This document shows, one piece after another, positions 24,680 through 36,776 of a DNA stretch of 64,000 nucleotides (the first letter of the stretch is position 1; each line of letters starts with the position of its first letter). The position numbers were made by a program, and so were the translations under genes. The DNA is taken from assembly GCA_025594325.1 (NCBI GenBank), contig JANHCV010000005.1:186001-250000 (forward strand), in the 5' to 3' direction. A model generated the notes under the pieces. The model did not search any database, was not told the DNA's origin, and saw only the letters and a program-made list of their open reading frames with translations. This DNA comes from Blastocladiella emersonii ATCC 22665. Taxonomy: Eukaryota; Fungi; Blastocladiomycota.

Positions 24680-26140
24680 TCGCAGGTGCGAGGCATGGGC
24701 GGCGCGGATGCGGTCGAGGCGGCCCGAGCGGTCGAGGTGCTCGGTGGCGCGCTTCAGGTTGGCGCGGAGGCGGTGCTAGATGATGGGGGTGGGACGGCGG
24801 CGGGTGAGCGGGGTCGGCGGCCATCACGCTCGGGGCTCGGAGTAATCGCGTACGGCGAGGCCGGCCACGTCGTTCGCGGCGCGCGCATGGGGCGGCTGTG
24901 CCACCGCCACCGCCACGGCGATGGGCGCGGTCGCTGGTGGGGCGCCGCGGTCCACGAGCATGCTTGTTCGGGGCGGACCGTCTGAGACGAGGTGCATCGG
25001 CGGCGCGCGGGACACGGTCCGCTCGCTCGCTCGCTCAGGCCGGCTGTTCAGGTGCGCGGTGCGGCTCGAGCGGTGTGCATGCACGGGTCGGTGCTGCAGT
25101 ACGATGCGATGCGAGGCCGGCGTCGTGAGGGGCGACGAGAGCGCATATCGCGCCATTTCGTCGCGTGGCGCCGAAACCAAACGCGTTTCCGGCGCGGCGC
25201 GTGCCGTCACCTGACGCGGTCCGCCGCGCTGCACCGCTCACGTGCCGTTGCTACGCGCGAATGCACGCGCCGCGCCCCTCTGGAGCAGCCAGCCACGCTC
25301 GCGGACACGCCGCACGCCCGCCATCGATCGCGCCGGCTGCTGCGCCACCACGCAGTCTCGTCTGCCCCGCACCGGCCCCGCGACGTCGTGTCGCACCGTG
25401 TCGCATCGCATCCGAGACTGCAGCGACTGCGGGGGCGTTTGCGGCGAAGCAGCAGTGCACCGCGACGGAGAGTGAGGCGCTGGCGGAATGACGAACGCGG
25501 ACGACACGGACGCACAGCAGACACAGCGCTGCGCTCGCTTGCGAGTTGGGGCAAGCATGTCCGCGGTGAGAAGAGAGCAGCACCGGGATGATCCCTTTGC
25601 CGCGGCAAGGCAAGCGATGGGGTGGGGATCGGCGGGCCGAACAAGGCATGATCAGCGGCCAATCACGTCGCGCCGCCACCGCCCGGAAAGCTTCGGGAAC
25701 CGGTCATGCGGGGGGCCTGCGTGGTCAGCAGCCGCGAGCACGCGACCGCATTAATCTGGCACAGAAGCTTGTGGCGCCGGCCGGAACACTTCGCGACGCT
25801 CGCCTCCGACCAGCCCTCCGCCCCGCCCTCTCTCTCGGCGTCGTCGCTCCTAGGCCACCCTGACCCCTCACCCTCTTCGCTCCTGCAGGATCTTTGGATT
25901 GCTCCGCATCACGCTTCCGTCACCGCTCCGCTCCGGCTGCTCCCGGTTCCGTCCTGCAGAACCCCCGCTCACCCGGCCTGCTTCGTCAGACCCTGCCTGC
26001 GCGAAGAATACACCTTATCCGACCGTCGCGTGCCGCACCCGCACCCGCGCGACCCGCCCGCCCGCCGCTGCGCCCTCACCGCTGCTCTATAAGTCCGCGT
26101 CTCCCGCGTCTCCCCTCCGCCGCTGCTTCTCCTCTCCACC

Positions 26141-27379
26141 ATGTCCTCGGCCCTCTCCATCACATCCACCGCTGCCCGAGGCCTCGCCGCCATCGACATA
26201 ATGCCCTCGCCCTCCTCCGCCCACGTGGTCCCCGAGGCCGCCGACCTACGCTCGCAGATCGCCAGCGCCTCGCTCTCGCTGCACGATGGCGCCGACCGCG
26301 CCGTCGGCACTATCCGCAACGCCATCGGCTACGTCGACCAGGCCCTCACCGCCTCGGTCGTCGCCGTGACGCGTGCCGCCGCCGAGGCCGGATCCGAGTC
26401 CACGGCGACGCGCTCGCAGCGCAGGGCCCTCGCCGCCAAGCTCGCGGCCGTGATTGCCGACGTGCAGCTCGTGGTCGCCGACGACGTGCTCGCCCTCGAC
26501 GACGTGGTCAGCACGCTCCTCGCCGACCTGCAGACCATGATCAAGGTGCTGCGCAAGCGCGGCGCGCCCGTCCCCGACGCGATGCTGTCGCTCGTCAAGG
26601 CGGCCGAGGCCGACGTGGAGCGCGCCACCGACCACTACATCATCCTCAAGTGCCGCCTCGAGGACGTGGCCAACGCGTCGCTCGTGCAACCGCCGCCGAC
26701 CAGTCCATCCGCCATGTCGTTTGCTTCCGCGCGCCGGTCCAACAGCACGGGCACGGGCAACGCCGAGCTCGACGACGAGTACTCGCCCGCGTACCCGTCG
26801 CCCGTCGTGAGCCTCGCCGTGTCGCGCACCTCGTCCTTCTCGTCCACCACCGCAACGGCAGCAGGACCACGGCCCATCGCGGTCCCGATTTCCTCTGCTT
26901 CGCTCTCCGCCAACCCGTCCACCACCTACCTGTCCAAGCTGCCACCACAAATCGTCCGGCTCGCTGAGCTGCAGTCGCGGCTGCGCGCCACGTCCGAGGC
27001 CATGGCGCGGCTGTCGAACGTGGTTGCGCGGGCACCCTCTAGAGCCGAGCCGCTGATCCCGCTCGGCCTGCCCTTCTCGCGCACCAACTCGTCGACGGGG
27101 TCGTCCAAATCGCCGTCGCTGTCGCGGTCGAGCGTCTCCTTCTCGCGGCGCATGTCGCTGTCGTTTGCGCCCGCGACGCCGCGGTCAGCGTCGCCCGCGT
27201 CCAACGCCGACAGCGACGATCTGGCGAGCGCGCGGTCGCACTCGTCGTCGCTCGCCAAATCGCTCGGCCGCTCGCTGCACAAGATCTCGGACGCCATCAA
27301 GCGCGTCACGCTCTCGTCGCCGCCGCCCGAACCGTTCCACGTCCCGCGCGCGCAGTCGCCGCCGCCCTCGTCGGCGTGA
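26141..27379 (+). CDS. Hypothetical protein: helical N-terminal half, Ser-rich C-terminal half (412 aa)
   Basis: Coding-like codon bias; upstream CTATAAG at ~26086; no family recognised. Confidence 0.65.
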   Translation: MSSALSITSTAARGLAAIDIMPSPSSAHVVPEAADLRSQIASASLSLHDGADRAVGTIRNAIGYVDQALTASVVAVTRAAAEAGSESTATRSQRRALAAKLAAVIADVQLVVADDVLALDDVVSTLLADLQTMIKVLRKRGAPVPDAMLSLVKAAEADVERATDHYIILKCRLEDVANASLVQPPPTSPSAMSFASARRSNSTGTGNAELDDEYSPAYPSPVVSLAVSRTSSFSSTTATAAGPRPIAVPISSASLSANPSTTYLSKLPPQIVRLAELQSRLRATSEAMARLSNVVARAPSRAEPLIPLGLPFSRTNSSTGSSKSPSLSRSSVSFSRRMSLSFAPATPRSASPASNADSDDLASARSHSSSLAKSLGRSLHKISDAIKRVTLSSPPPEPFHVPRAQSPPPSSA

Positions 27380-28161
27380 CTCGGCATCGTCATCGTCGCG
27401 CGCCCACCGCGATGGGCAGCTGTTTGCCCATCACCTGTACCATTCTCGCCTCGTCCTCCCCCTCAGATTGCACCCCACCACCACCCGTTTTGTCCCCCCC
27501 GCCCTCGCACACATGCGCTTCCCACGCAGCTTGATATCAATAAACACATGTACCCCTCTCCATCCCGTCGGCCCTGCATGAGCTCCGCGCACGCGTGAAC
27601 GAACGACGACGACGTCATCCATCTATCGGCTGACTCGGCCGGCCGTGCAAACGGTGCGACGCGACGCGAGGCGCGGTGCGGCAGCGACCCACGGATCCGA
27701 AACGCGTTTCGCGTCGCGACCTAAAATCAGCTGACGGTCACGCGGGCTGCCAAAACTGTCTCCCGACCGCGTGGCGCGGCGCGTCGCGTCGCGTCGTGTC
27801 TCGCGTCCCGCGCCCCGCCGGCAACCGACCCCGCGCGCGCGCGGCGCGACACGGTGGAGACAAACACGAGTCTGAGCATCGGCGGCGCCCCGCACGCGCT
27901 GACCATGGACCTGGCCCCGCGCGCGCACGCGCCCCGTCGGGTCGTTGCCGATTCGGACGACGCTGCTACGAGTACACACACTGCAACCCACTGGTTTTGA
28001 ATGCAACTACGCGCCGTAACGGCACCTAGACCGAGACTCGGGTCGTGAGCATCGCTCCACTCGATTCGATACGACACGCGCGCGCGATTTCCTCCCCCGC
28101 ACCGACCGACCTCGCCGCGTCCGACTGCCACCACCCGCAACCACCTACCCACTCTTCCGCC

Positions 28162-31100
28162 ATGGCGTCGTCTGCGCCCGCCGGCTCGGTCCTGTCGACG
28201 TTTGGGCGAAGGAGGGTGTCGGGAGTGCCCAAGTCGAGCATCCTGGAGCGGCACATCCACGTCAACTCGGCGCTGCCCGCGGCGGCGCTCGACGCCAACG
28301 GGCGGCCGCTCATGCACTTCCCCGGCAACGAGGTGGTCACGTCCAAGTACTCGCTGCTGTCGTTCCTGCCCAAGAACCTGTTTGAGCAGTTTCGCCGGCT
28401 CGCCAACATCTTCTTCCTGCTGCTCATCATCCTGCAGACGTTCCCCGAGTTCATCACCGTCGACCCGATCATCGCCGCGCTCCCGACCATCATCATCGTG
28501 CTCGCCACGGCGCTCAAGGACGGGTTCGAGGACCTCAAGCGCCACGCGACCGACAACCAGGTCAACAACCGCCCGACCTACTCGATGCCGCACTGGAAGA
28601 ACGTCAACTACGTCAGCCCCACGGCGCAGCGCCGCTGGATCCCCTACTACTGGTTCCGCAAGACGGTCCTCGGCGTCGCACCCTCCGATCTCGACATGCA
28701 CGCCGGCAAGGACAACCACCACCAGCAGCCGCCCGTCGAGCTCCATGCCGCCGCCTCGCACAAGCCGGCGGGGCGTGCGAAACCGGACGTGGCCGTCGAC
28801 ATCGACGACCCGGCCAAGGTCCCGCTGCGCGCCGACGACGACAACGCGGGCCCCGAGACCATGAAGCGGCGCGCGCGGCAGCGCACCGCGGGGTCGCGTT
28901 CCGACCCGGACCTCGACCCGTCCACGTCCGCGGCCGACGCCGAGGCCGAGGAAGGCGCGGGCGACCCGACCACGTTCCCGGACCCATGGAAGTGCGTGAC
29001 GTGGCGCGACCTGCGCGTCGGCGACTTCGTGTACCTGCGCAACAACGAGTTCATCCCGGCGGACGTGGTGATCGTGTCGACGTCCGAGCCCGACGGCGTG
29101 TGCTACGTCGAGACCAAGAACCTCGACGGCGAGACCAACCTCAAGGTGCGGCGCGGCATGTCCGAGACGGCGCACGTGCGGCACCCGGCCGAGTGCCGCG
29201 GGCTGCAGATGGTGGTCACGGCCGAGCCGCCCAACAGCAACATGTTCTCGTTCAAGGGCGCCGTGACGCTGGCGTCGCTCGGCGACCCGGGCACGCCCGC
29301 GGCCGCCGCCGCCGCCGCGTACCAGGACATGGTCCGCGTCCCGCTGCCCGCCAAGATCGCCGTCACCATCAACGGCGTGCTCCTGCGCGGGTGCGTCCTG
29401 CGCAACACGGCGTGGGTCATTGGCGTCATCGTGTACACGGGGCCCGAGACCAAGCTGCGGCTCAACTCGGGCGAGACGCCCAGCAAGCGCAGCATCATCG
29501 AGAAGCTCATGAACCCGCAGATCGTCATCAACCTGCTCGTCATGGCCACCATCTGCCTCGTGTGCGCCATCGCCGGCATCTTCTGGAGCCGATGGGCCGC
29601 CGACGTCCGCGCGCCGTTCCTGCCCATGGGCGCCGCGGGCGGGTACGACTACGCGTATACCGCGTTCCTCGCGTTCTGGTACGAGGCCACGGTCTGCGGA
29701 TGCACCGATTCGACTGCTAACGCCTTGATTTCGCGTGGATACAGGTCATCGCTTATTGCGTTCCAAAACATCGTGCCCATCTCGCTGTACCTCACGGTCG
29801 AGATCGTCAAGACGCTGCAGGTACGCGAGCTCCCTCCTCGCACACGCGTCTCCGAACCATGGCCACTGACTGCCACCGTCCGCCGCTCGCGTAGGCCTAC
29901 TTCATCTTCACCGACGCGGAAATGTACTACGAGCAGCTCGACCTGCCGTGCGTGCCCAAGTCGTGGAACCTGGCCGACGACCTGGGCCAGATCGAGTACG
30001 TGTTCAGCGACAAGACGGGCACGCTGACGCGCAACGTCATGGAGTTTCGGCGGTGCTCCATCAACGGCGTCGTGTACGGTGCGCCGCTCGCGTCGTCGTC
30101 GCCGCACTCGGCGCGGCCACCCGGGTCGCAGTACGCGCCGCCCGCCGACTACACGCCGCTGTCGCAGTACGGGTCCAAGGCGCCGACCTTCTACGACGCG
30201 ACCATGTGTCAGGACATGGACGAGGACACGGAGCACGCGCGCATGATCAGCGAGTTCTGGCGGCTGATCGGGATCTGCCACACGGTGCTGGTCAGCAAGC
30301 CCGACCCGGCGCAGCCGTACCACATCACATACAAGGCGCAGTCGCCCGACGAGGCGGCGCTCGTCGACACGGGCAAGGACGTCGGGTTCACGTTCATCGG
30401 CCGCCACATGACCGAGATTTTCCTCGACGTGATGGGCGACGAGGAGCAGTACACGCTGCTGGCGGTGCTCGACTTCAACTCGACGCGCAAGCGCATGTCG
30501 ATCGTCGCGCGCCGCCCCGACGGCGCCATCGTGCTGTACACCAAGGGCGCCGACAGCGTCATCTTCGAGCGGCTGTCGCCCGCGTCGGACCAGCTGGTGC
30601 TCGACGTGACGCTCAAGCACCTCGAGATCTTTGCCGACGAGGGCCTGCGCACGCTGTGCCTCGCGTACCGGATCCTCGACGAGAACGAGTTCCTCGCGTG
30701 GATCGACACGTACAACGACGCGTGCTCGTCGATCGAGGGCCGCGACGCCAAGATCGACGCGACCGCCGAGGCCATTGAGCGCGACCTGATCCTGCTCGGG
30801 GCCACGGCCATCGAGGACCGCCTGCAGGAGGGCGTCCCCGACTGCATCCAGATCCTGCGCGACGCCGGTATCAAGGTGTGGGTGCTGACGGGCGACAAGA
30901 TGGAGACGGCGATTTCGATCGGGTTCTCGTGCAACCTGCTGTCCAAGGAGCTCAACCTGATCGTCGTCAAGGGCAGCCCCGAGGACCCGTCGGCCGTCAT
31001 GACGCAGCTGCGCGAGGCCCTGCACACCTTCTTCCTCCACGGCACGGGCGCCGGCGCCATGGCCAAGTCCAAGCTCCGCGGGTCCGACGACGATATCGAT

Positions 31101-34100
31101 CCGGCCAACGTCCTCGACGAGTACACGGAGCACGCCCTCGTCATTGACGGCGCCGCACTCAAGGTCGCCCTCGAGCCCGCCAACAAACGCTTGCTGCTCG
31201 ACCTCAGCTCGCGGTGCAAGGTCGTCATCTGCTGCCGCGTCTCGCCGCTGCAGAAGGCGCAGGTCGTGACGCTGGTCCGCGACGGGCTCGAGGCTGTGAC
31301 GTGCGCGATTGGCGATGGCGCGGTACGTTTCTCGTCGGTACGTCGCGAGTGCGCTGCGAAGACTGACACGCGTCCGCCGCCCGTGTAGAACGACGTGAGC
31401 ATGATCCAGGCGGCGCACATTGGGATCGGGATCGCGGGCGAGGAGGGCCTGCAGGCGGTCATGGCCAGCGACTACGCGATCGCGCAGTTCCGGTACCTGT
31501 CGCGGCTGCTGCTGGTGCACGGGCGGTGGAGCTACCACCGGATCGCCGAGCTCATCTACAACTACTTCTACAAGGACGTGATCTTCGTTTTCGTCATCTT
31601 CTGGTTCCAGTTCTACTCGGGGTTCTCGACGCAGGCGCCGTACGACTTCACGTACATGCTGTACTACAACCTCTTCTTCACCAACTGGCCGGTCATGGTG
31701 CTCGGCATCTTCGACCAGGACCTGCCCGCGTCGCTCGCCGTCGGGGTGCCCAAGCTGTACCAGTCCGGGATCCGCCAGACGCTGTACACGACGGCGCGGT
31801 TCTGGCTGTACATGGGCGACGGGCTGTACCAGTCGCTCGTGTGCTTCTTCATCCCGTACGGCGTGTACGCGTCGAGCCAGGCGTCGTGGGCGGGCGGCGA
31901 CATCCCGGATATCTACGAGATGGGCACCACCATGGCCGCGTCCGCCGTGACCTCGGCCAACCTGTACGTGGCGCTCAACACGCGCACGTTTACGTGGCTC
32001 AACCACGTCGCGATCTGGGTGGCCTCGCTCGGCGTCTTCTACGGGTACCTCGGCGTCTACTTCTACCTCGACGGGCCCATCACGGGCATGTACCGCATCC
32101 TGTGGTCGTCGCCGCTGTTCTGGCTCGGCACCGTGCTCTCGGTCACGCTGTCGCTGCTCCCGCGCTACGTCGCAAAGTACATCAAGCGCACCTTCTTCCC
32201 GACCGACGCCGACATCGCCCTCGAGTACCACAAGTTCAACCTCGACCTGCGCACGCTTGTCCCGGAACCCGTCGTCGTCGAGGAACCCCCGCCGCCGCCG
32301 TCCGCGCACCCGGACCGCCTCTCGGTCCAGATCCCGTCGCCCCGCGGCCACTCGACGTCCTTTTCACAGTCGCAGACGGGATCGCAGCTCGAGATCGTCT
32401 CGACACCCACCATCCTCGCGTACGCCGCCGCGCACCTCGCCATGTCTCCGGCCACGGCGGCCGCGGTCGCGGGGGCCACGACCACCGAACCGGCGGCGAC
32501 GGGGCTCGAGACCAAGTCGAGCGAGAGCGTCGCGACCTCCGCGGCCGGGCTCCCCAACTCTTCATCGTCCGTCGCCCCGACAACCGCGGCGCCCGTCGCC
32601 AACACGCGCCGGTCGACGTCCACGTCGATCCGCGCGTCGGCCGAGCGCCAGGCGTCGAGTTCCGGGCTCGGCGTCCCGCCGCCCAAGTCCGCGAGCGCTG
32701 TGGCGGGGTCGACCGAGATCCGCACCTCGTCTTCCCTCCTTCCCGCCGGCCACGAAGAGGACGCGCGCGACCGCATCCGCACGCTGCGGAGCACGGGCAG
32801 TGGCGGCGGGCTCTCGGCGAGCGCGAACGCGGGGTCCGGCGCGGGCGCGGCCAAGCCGTCGCGGCACAAGCGGTCGCTGACGACGGGCGGCGTGATCACG
32901 ACGACGGGGCTCACGGCGTCGGGTACGAGTGGCGGCGTGGCCCCGCTCGCGATGCCGAACCGGTCCATCAACCAGAGCCACGTCACGATGATGAAGACCA
33001 TGACGGTGCAGCGCAACCGCGGCTTCTCGTTCTCGACAGACGAGTCGGGCGGGATGCGCAGCGTGCTCATGTGCGAGTTCGTGACGGGATCCACCAACCT
33101 CGGCGGCAGCACGGGCGGCGGGGCCAGCGCGGGCGGCAACGGCGGCGTGCTCGGGCTCTCGATGCAGGCGCAGAAGATTGTGCGCGAGCGCCAGAAGTCG
33201 ACCGTCTCCGACTGGGAGCTGTACCGGCCCGGGTCCCCCAGCACACCGCTGTCGGCGGGCCCGCCGTCCGGCCGCGCCGGGCGCAAGTTCGCACTGCACC
33301 TGCAGACGCTCCCGTCGCAGTCGTCGACCATCAACCGGACCGCATCCGGCTCCCCCTCGAGCCCGACGGCCCCGCGCTCGGCGCCGCCGCTCGGACGCAC
33401 GCCGAACGCGTTCGCCAGCCCGACCGGGACCGAGTCCCCGACCTTCCCCGCGGCGCCCGCCGGGACCCCCATGTCGCCCGCGACCGCGGCCATGTCGGCG
33501 CTCGCGGCGCACCCGGTCGCGACGGCGCCCGCGGCCGACCTCGTCCGCCGCACGAGCAACGCCGCCGCCCGCGCGCATCACGGGCCGGGCCACGCGCGCG
33601 CCATGTCGACGAGCGTGCTCGCGCAGAACCACGGGGCCGCCGAGCTGTCGGCGCAGTACGGGCTCGAGGTCGACCCGCTCACGGGCCGCGTCATCAACGT
33701 CACGCCGCCGACACCGACCCGCGGCGCGCTGCCCACGCGCATCGAGATCCCGGGGCTGGCGCCGTCGCCCAAGTCGCCGTCGCCCGCCGTCGCGGCCGCC
33801 GCGCCCGCGGTTCCACCAACACAAGACGCGCCGCCGAGCCCGAGCCCGCGCAGCCCGCCCAGCGCAGCGGCGTCGCGGTCGAACCACGACCTCCCGACGA
33901 GCCCAAGCACGGCCAGCAGCAGCAATGGACCAAGCAGCCCGTCGTCGCCGACGTCCACGGCGGGCCGCGGCGGCGTGCGCGGGAGCGCGTTCCGGCAGTC
34001 GACCAGCAGCTCGCGGCCGTCGTCGGCGCTACGCCACGAGGTGCGCGCGCATCCCGCGGGCGAGGACCACGCCGAGGCCGACGAGGATGAGGAGGATGAC

Positions 34101-34499
34101 GGGCCGGGCAGCGGGTCCGCGGGCGGCGGGACGCGGATGCAGTCGGCGGTCGCGAGCAGCCACGCGTCGTTCCGGTCCGCCGCCGCGTCGGCCGCGTCGT
34201 CGCTCAACCGCAGCAGCGGCGGAGGGGCGGGGAGCGCGCGGGCGAGCCAGCGGTCGCTGCGGATCCAGACGAGTACAAGCGGCGGCGGGGTCGTCGAGGC
34301 ATCGGTGCCCATCTCGCCGAGGTCGCCGGTCGAGTCGGACAAGCCAGAGGCAGCCGAGGCGGAGGAGAAGGAGCAGCCAACACGGCCGCCGCGCAAGGCG
34401 TGGACCGAGCAGGAGCAGGCGGCGGCGGACGCAAGGGCCAAGGACGAGGCGGCGGCGGCGGCCGCTGCGGGGGCACCACCAGGGCGGCCGGCAATGTGA
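28162..34499 (+). CDS. DNF1: P4-ATPase phospholipid flippase, Dnf1/Dnf2-like, with a very long disordered C-tail
   Basis: Motifs TSKYSLLSFLPKNLFEQF, ETKNLDGETNLK, QNIVPISLY, PKSWNLADDLGQIEYVFSDKTGTLT, KGAD, TGDKMET, CRVSPLQK, GDGA/NDVSMIQ and LLVHGRWSY. Introns at 29679-29744, 29821-29894 and 31324-31388. Confidence 0.93.
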
Positions 34500-34603
34500 G
34501 ATTTAGATATAAACTGTACCGTTTTCTCCATCGTCGCGTCGGGTGTGAGTAAGAAGGACGTGTATACAAATCGGTGGTGGACGAGCAACCCGAGCGGATC
34601 GGG

Positions 34604-35241
34604 TTAGATCTTGATGTTGAGCTTGCGCTCCATGGCGGCGTGGAAGTCGATGTCCTCGACAAAATCGCGGTCTGGATGTCGTCGGGGGAAGTCGGTTAGT
34701 GTCGTGTAGTGCGACGACGTGAAGGGCGGGAGCGTACCGCCGAGCACGTCCTCGACGTCGATCGTCTCGTCCTTGCCGGTGAGCACCTCGAGGGCGAGGT
34801 TCCGGGACGCGAAGAGCAGCTGCGAGGGCTTCTACACTCGCGATCACGGTGTGGTCAGCGCGGATCGCTCGGCACGCAGCAGCGAGAGCACGTACCAGGG
34901 ACACGAGCGAGCGCTCCATCTGGAGGCGCAGCGGGGCGTGGAGGCCGTAGACGGTGCGGTGCATGGTGATGTTGCGCTTGAAGTAGAGGTCGTCGGCCTG
35001 GTGCAGCACGGGCTCGAGCGGGTGGTGCGGCGACACCTCGTGCTTGACGGCGTGCATGCCGTGGCGGAACGTGTCGTGGATGCCATACTCGGCGTGCGCG
35101 TTGGCCAGCGTGTGCGTGGCCTTGGCGTCGGCGGTCGAGGGGGCGAGGCGGAGGGACTAGACGACGCGGGGAGGGTAATGTGTTCGGTTGGTCCGTGCGC
35201 GAGTTGACGACGACGCGGCGGCGGGCGAGGGCACTGACCAT
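34604..35241 (-). CDS. UMP1: Proteasome maturation factor Ump1/POMP
   Basis: Spliced product M-SLRLAPS...YGIHDTFRHG...HHPLE...VYGLHAPLRLQMER...LEVLTGKDETIDVEDVL...FHAAMERKLNIKI. Three introns. Confidence 0.9.
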
Positions 35242-35471
35242 GGCGTTGATTCGTGTAGTTCAGAAGCGTTCCATGCAAGCCGAAGCTGGTAGCGGGCGGG
35301 AGAGAAGGGAACGGGCGCAGAAGAACGGCGCGTCGACGCGCGGGCCGCCCGCCGCGGTGACGAGGCGGTCACGCGTGCATCACGGCCGCATGTTTCTCCT
35401 CCCTCCTCTTAAACCACCACCACGACGACCACGCACGGCAGCCCCACCATCCAGCCGCGCAACTCGCTGCA

Positions 35472-35624
35472 ATGGTGTTCCCCAACTTCCGCCGCATCTA
35501 CTCGTCGTTCCGCACGCCCGAGGAGGAGGCCACCATCCGCCGCGCGTCCTCGGTGCGCCTCGCCGTCTACCTCGCGCTCTGCGTCTCCATGCGTCTCGCG
35601 CGGCAAGCCGTACTGCACGAGTGA
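35472..35624 (+). CDS. 50-aa small membrane protein, possibly Tom5-like
   Basis: MVFPNFRRIYSSFRTPEEEATIRRASSVRLAVYLALCVSMRLARQAVLHE has strong codon bias, a PEEE motif and one C-terminal hydrophobic segment. It is divergent from UMP1 and below the ORF-track cutoff. Confidence 0.55.
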   Translation: MVFPNFRRIYSSFRTPEEEATIRRASSVRLAVYLALCVSMRLARQAVLHE

Positions 35625-35717
35625 CCGCCGTGTGATGGATAGAAATGTGTATATATACGCGTGTGTAAGATTCTGTACTGTGTCGGTGCCGAGCCGGCTC
35701 GGCGTCCTCGCGCCGCC

Positions 35718-36047
35718 TTAGGCGACCGTCACGGTCTTGCCCGTCTTCTTGATGGCCTCGAACACCACGTCCTGCGCCAGGTCCGTCTCGACCACCACCG
35801 TCTGCTTCTCGAGCGAGATGTCGAGCTTGCTGATGCCTAGAGGGCCGCGCTCGCGTCAGTTGCGTTTCTCGTGGCGAGCGTGTCACCGCGCCGACGTACC
35901 ACCGAGGCGGTTGAGCGCGCGCTCGACGGCGCCCGAGCAGCCCGAGCAGGTCATGGTGACGTTGAACGTGTACGACTAGACGTGGCGCGCGTGAGTGGCT
36001 CGAACTCGCTGCGTCTCGACGCGTGCGCTGCTGCGACTTACGGGCAT
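35718..36047 (-). CDS. ATX1: Copper chaperone Atx1 (HMA domain)
   Basis: Spliced MP-SYTFNVTMTCSGCSGAVERALNRLG-GISKLDISLEKQTVVV...EAIKKTGKTV, with MTCxxC and KTGK motifs. Two introns. Confidence 0.93.
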
Positions 36048-36125
36048 GGTGATGATGGTGATGGTCAGGCGGTTCTGAACGAGTTCCTGAGGAGAGCGGG
36101 TGCCCGAAGACGCGACGCGGCCAGT

Positions 36126-36132
36126 CTTTATA
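36126..36132 (-). promoter_or_regulatory. Candidate TATA box (TATAAAG) for ATX1
   Basis: The only TATA-like element in a GC-rich stretch, ~80 bp upstream of the ATX1 ATG. Confidence 0.45.
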
Positions 36133-36776
36133 CGCCTCCCGTCGCCACCTGCTTGACGCCGCTGCTCGAGCGCGACGGCGGCCGCGCTGCCACAGCCGTC
36201 GGGGATGGCGTGACGGCTGTGTCAGCCAATCAGCTGTGCGCGTCGCCAAGCGTGCAAGCCTGCGTGCCGGGCGAGCGAGCGAGCGAGCTTACTGGCGGCA
36301 AAGGAGAGCGACTACGGCGCGTCGCGTCCCTGGATTTTCGCTGGGCCGAGCGGCTCGAAAAAAGGGCTCAAGGGAGAAGGGCCAAACTGCAAACTGAGTG
36401 AGAAGGAAAATCGCGCGTGAGGGCAAGCTCGCAGCTGGAGGAAAAATCGCTCACCTCGCTCACCCCATCGCGCCATCACGTCGGACATCGCTCGACCAGC
36501 CGTGGCCATGACCATGGCCGCGGGCCGCGACCGTGGCCATGGAGACGGCGATCGCGCCGAGCCGCGCTCGCGATGCCGCCGAGCCGTGGCCGTGAGCCCC
36601 ATCGCTCTCGCCAAGACGCAGACGGGACGGGATGCGATGGAAAATGATGGTATATGTATCACACGACGCGGCGCGACGCGACGCGACGCGCCCTGCCCGT
36701 CCGTGTCAGATGCGTTCCGCGAGGTCAAAAATGAACGAGGTCGGACACGGGCGAGGCGCGCACGCAGGTCGATCGC

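Noticed and set aside
25170-27710. ACGCGT (MCB) sites as cell-cycle elements
   Set aside because: CGCG-containing hexamers are abundant throughout this sequence, so they cannot be called without an enrichment test.
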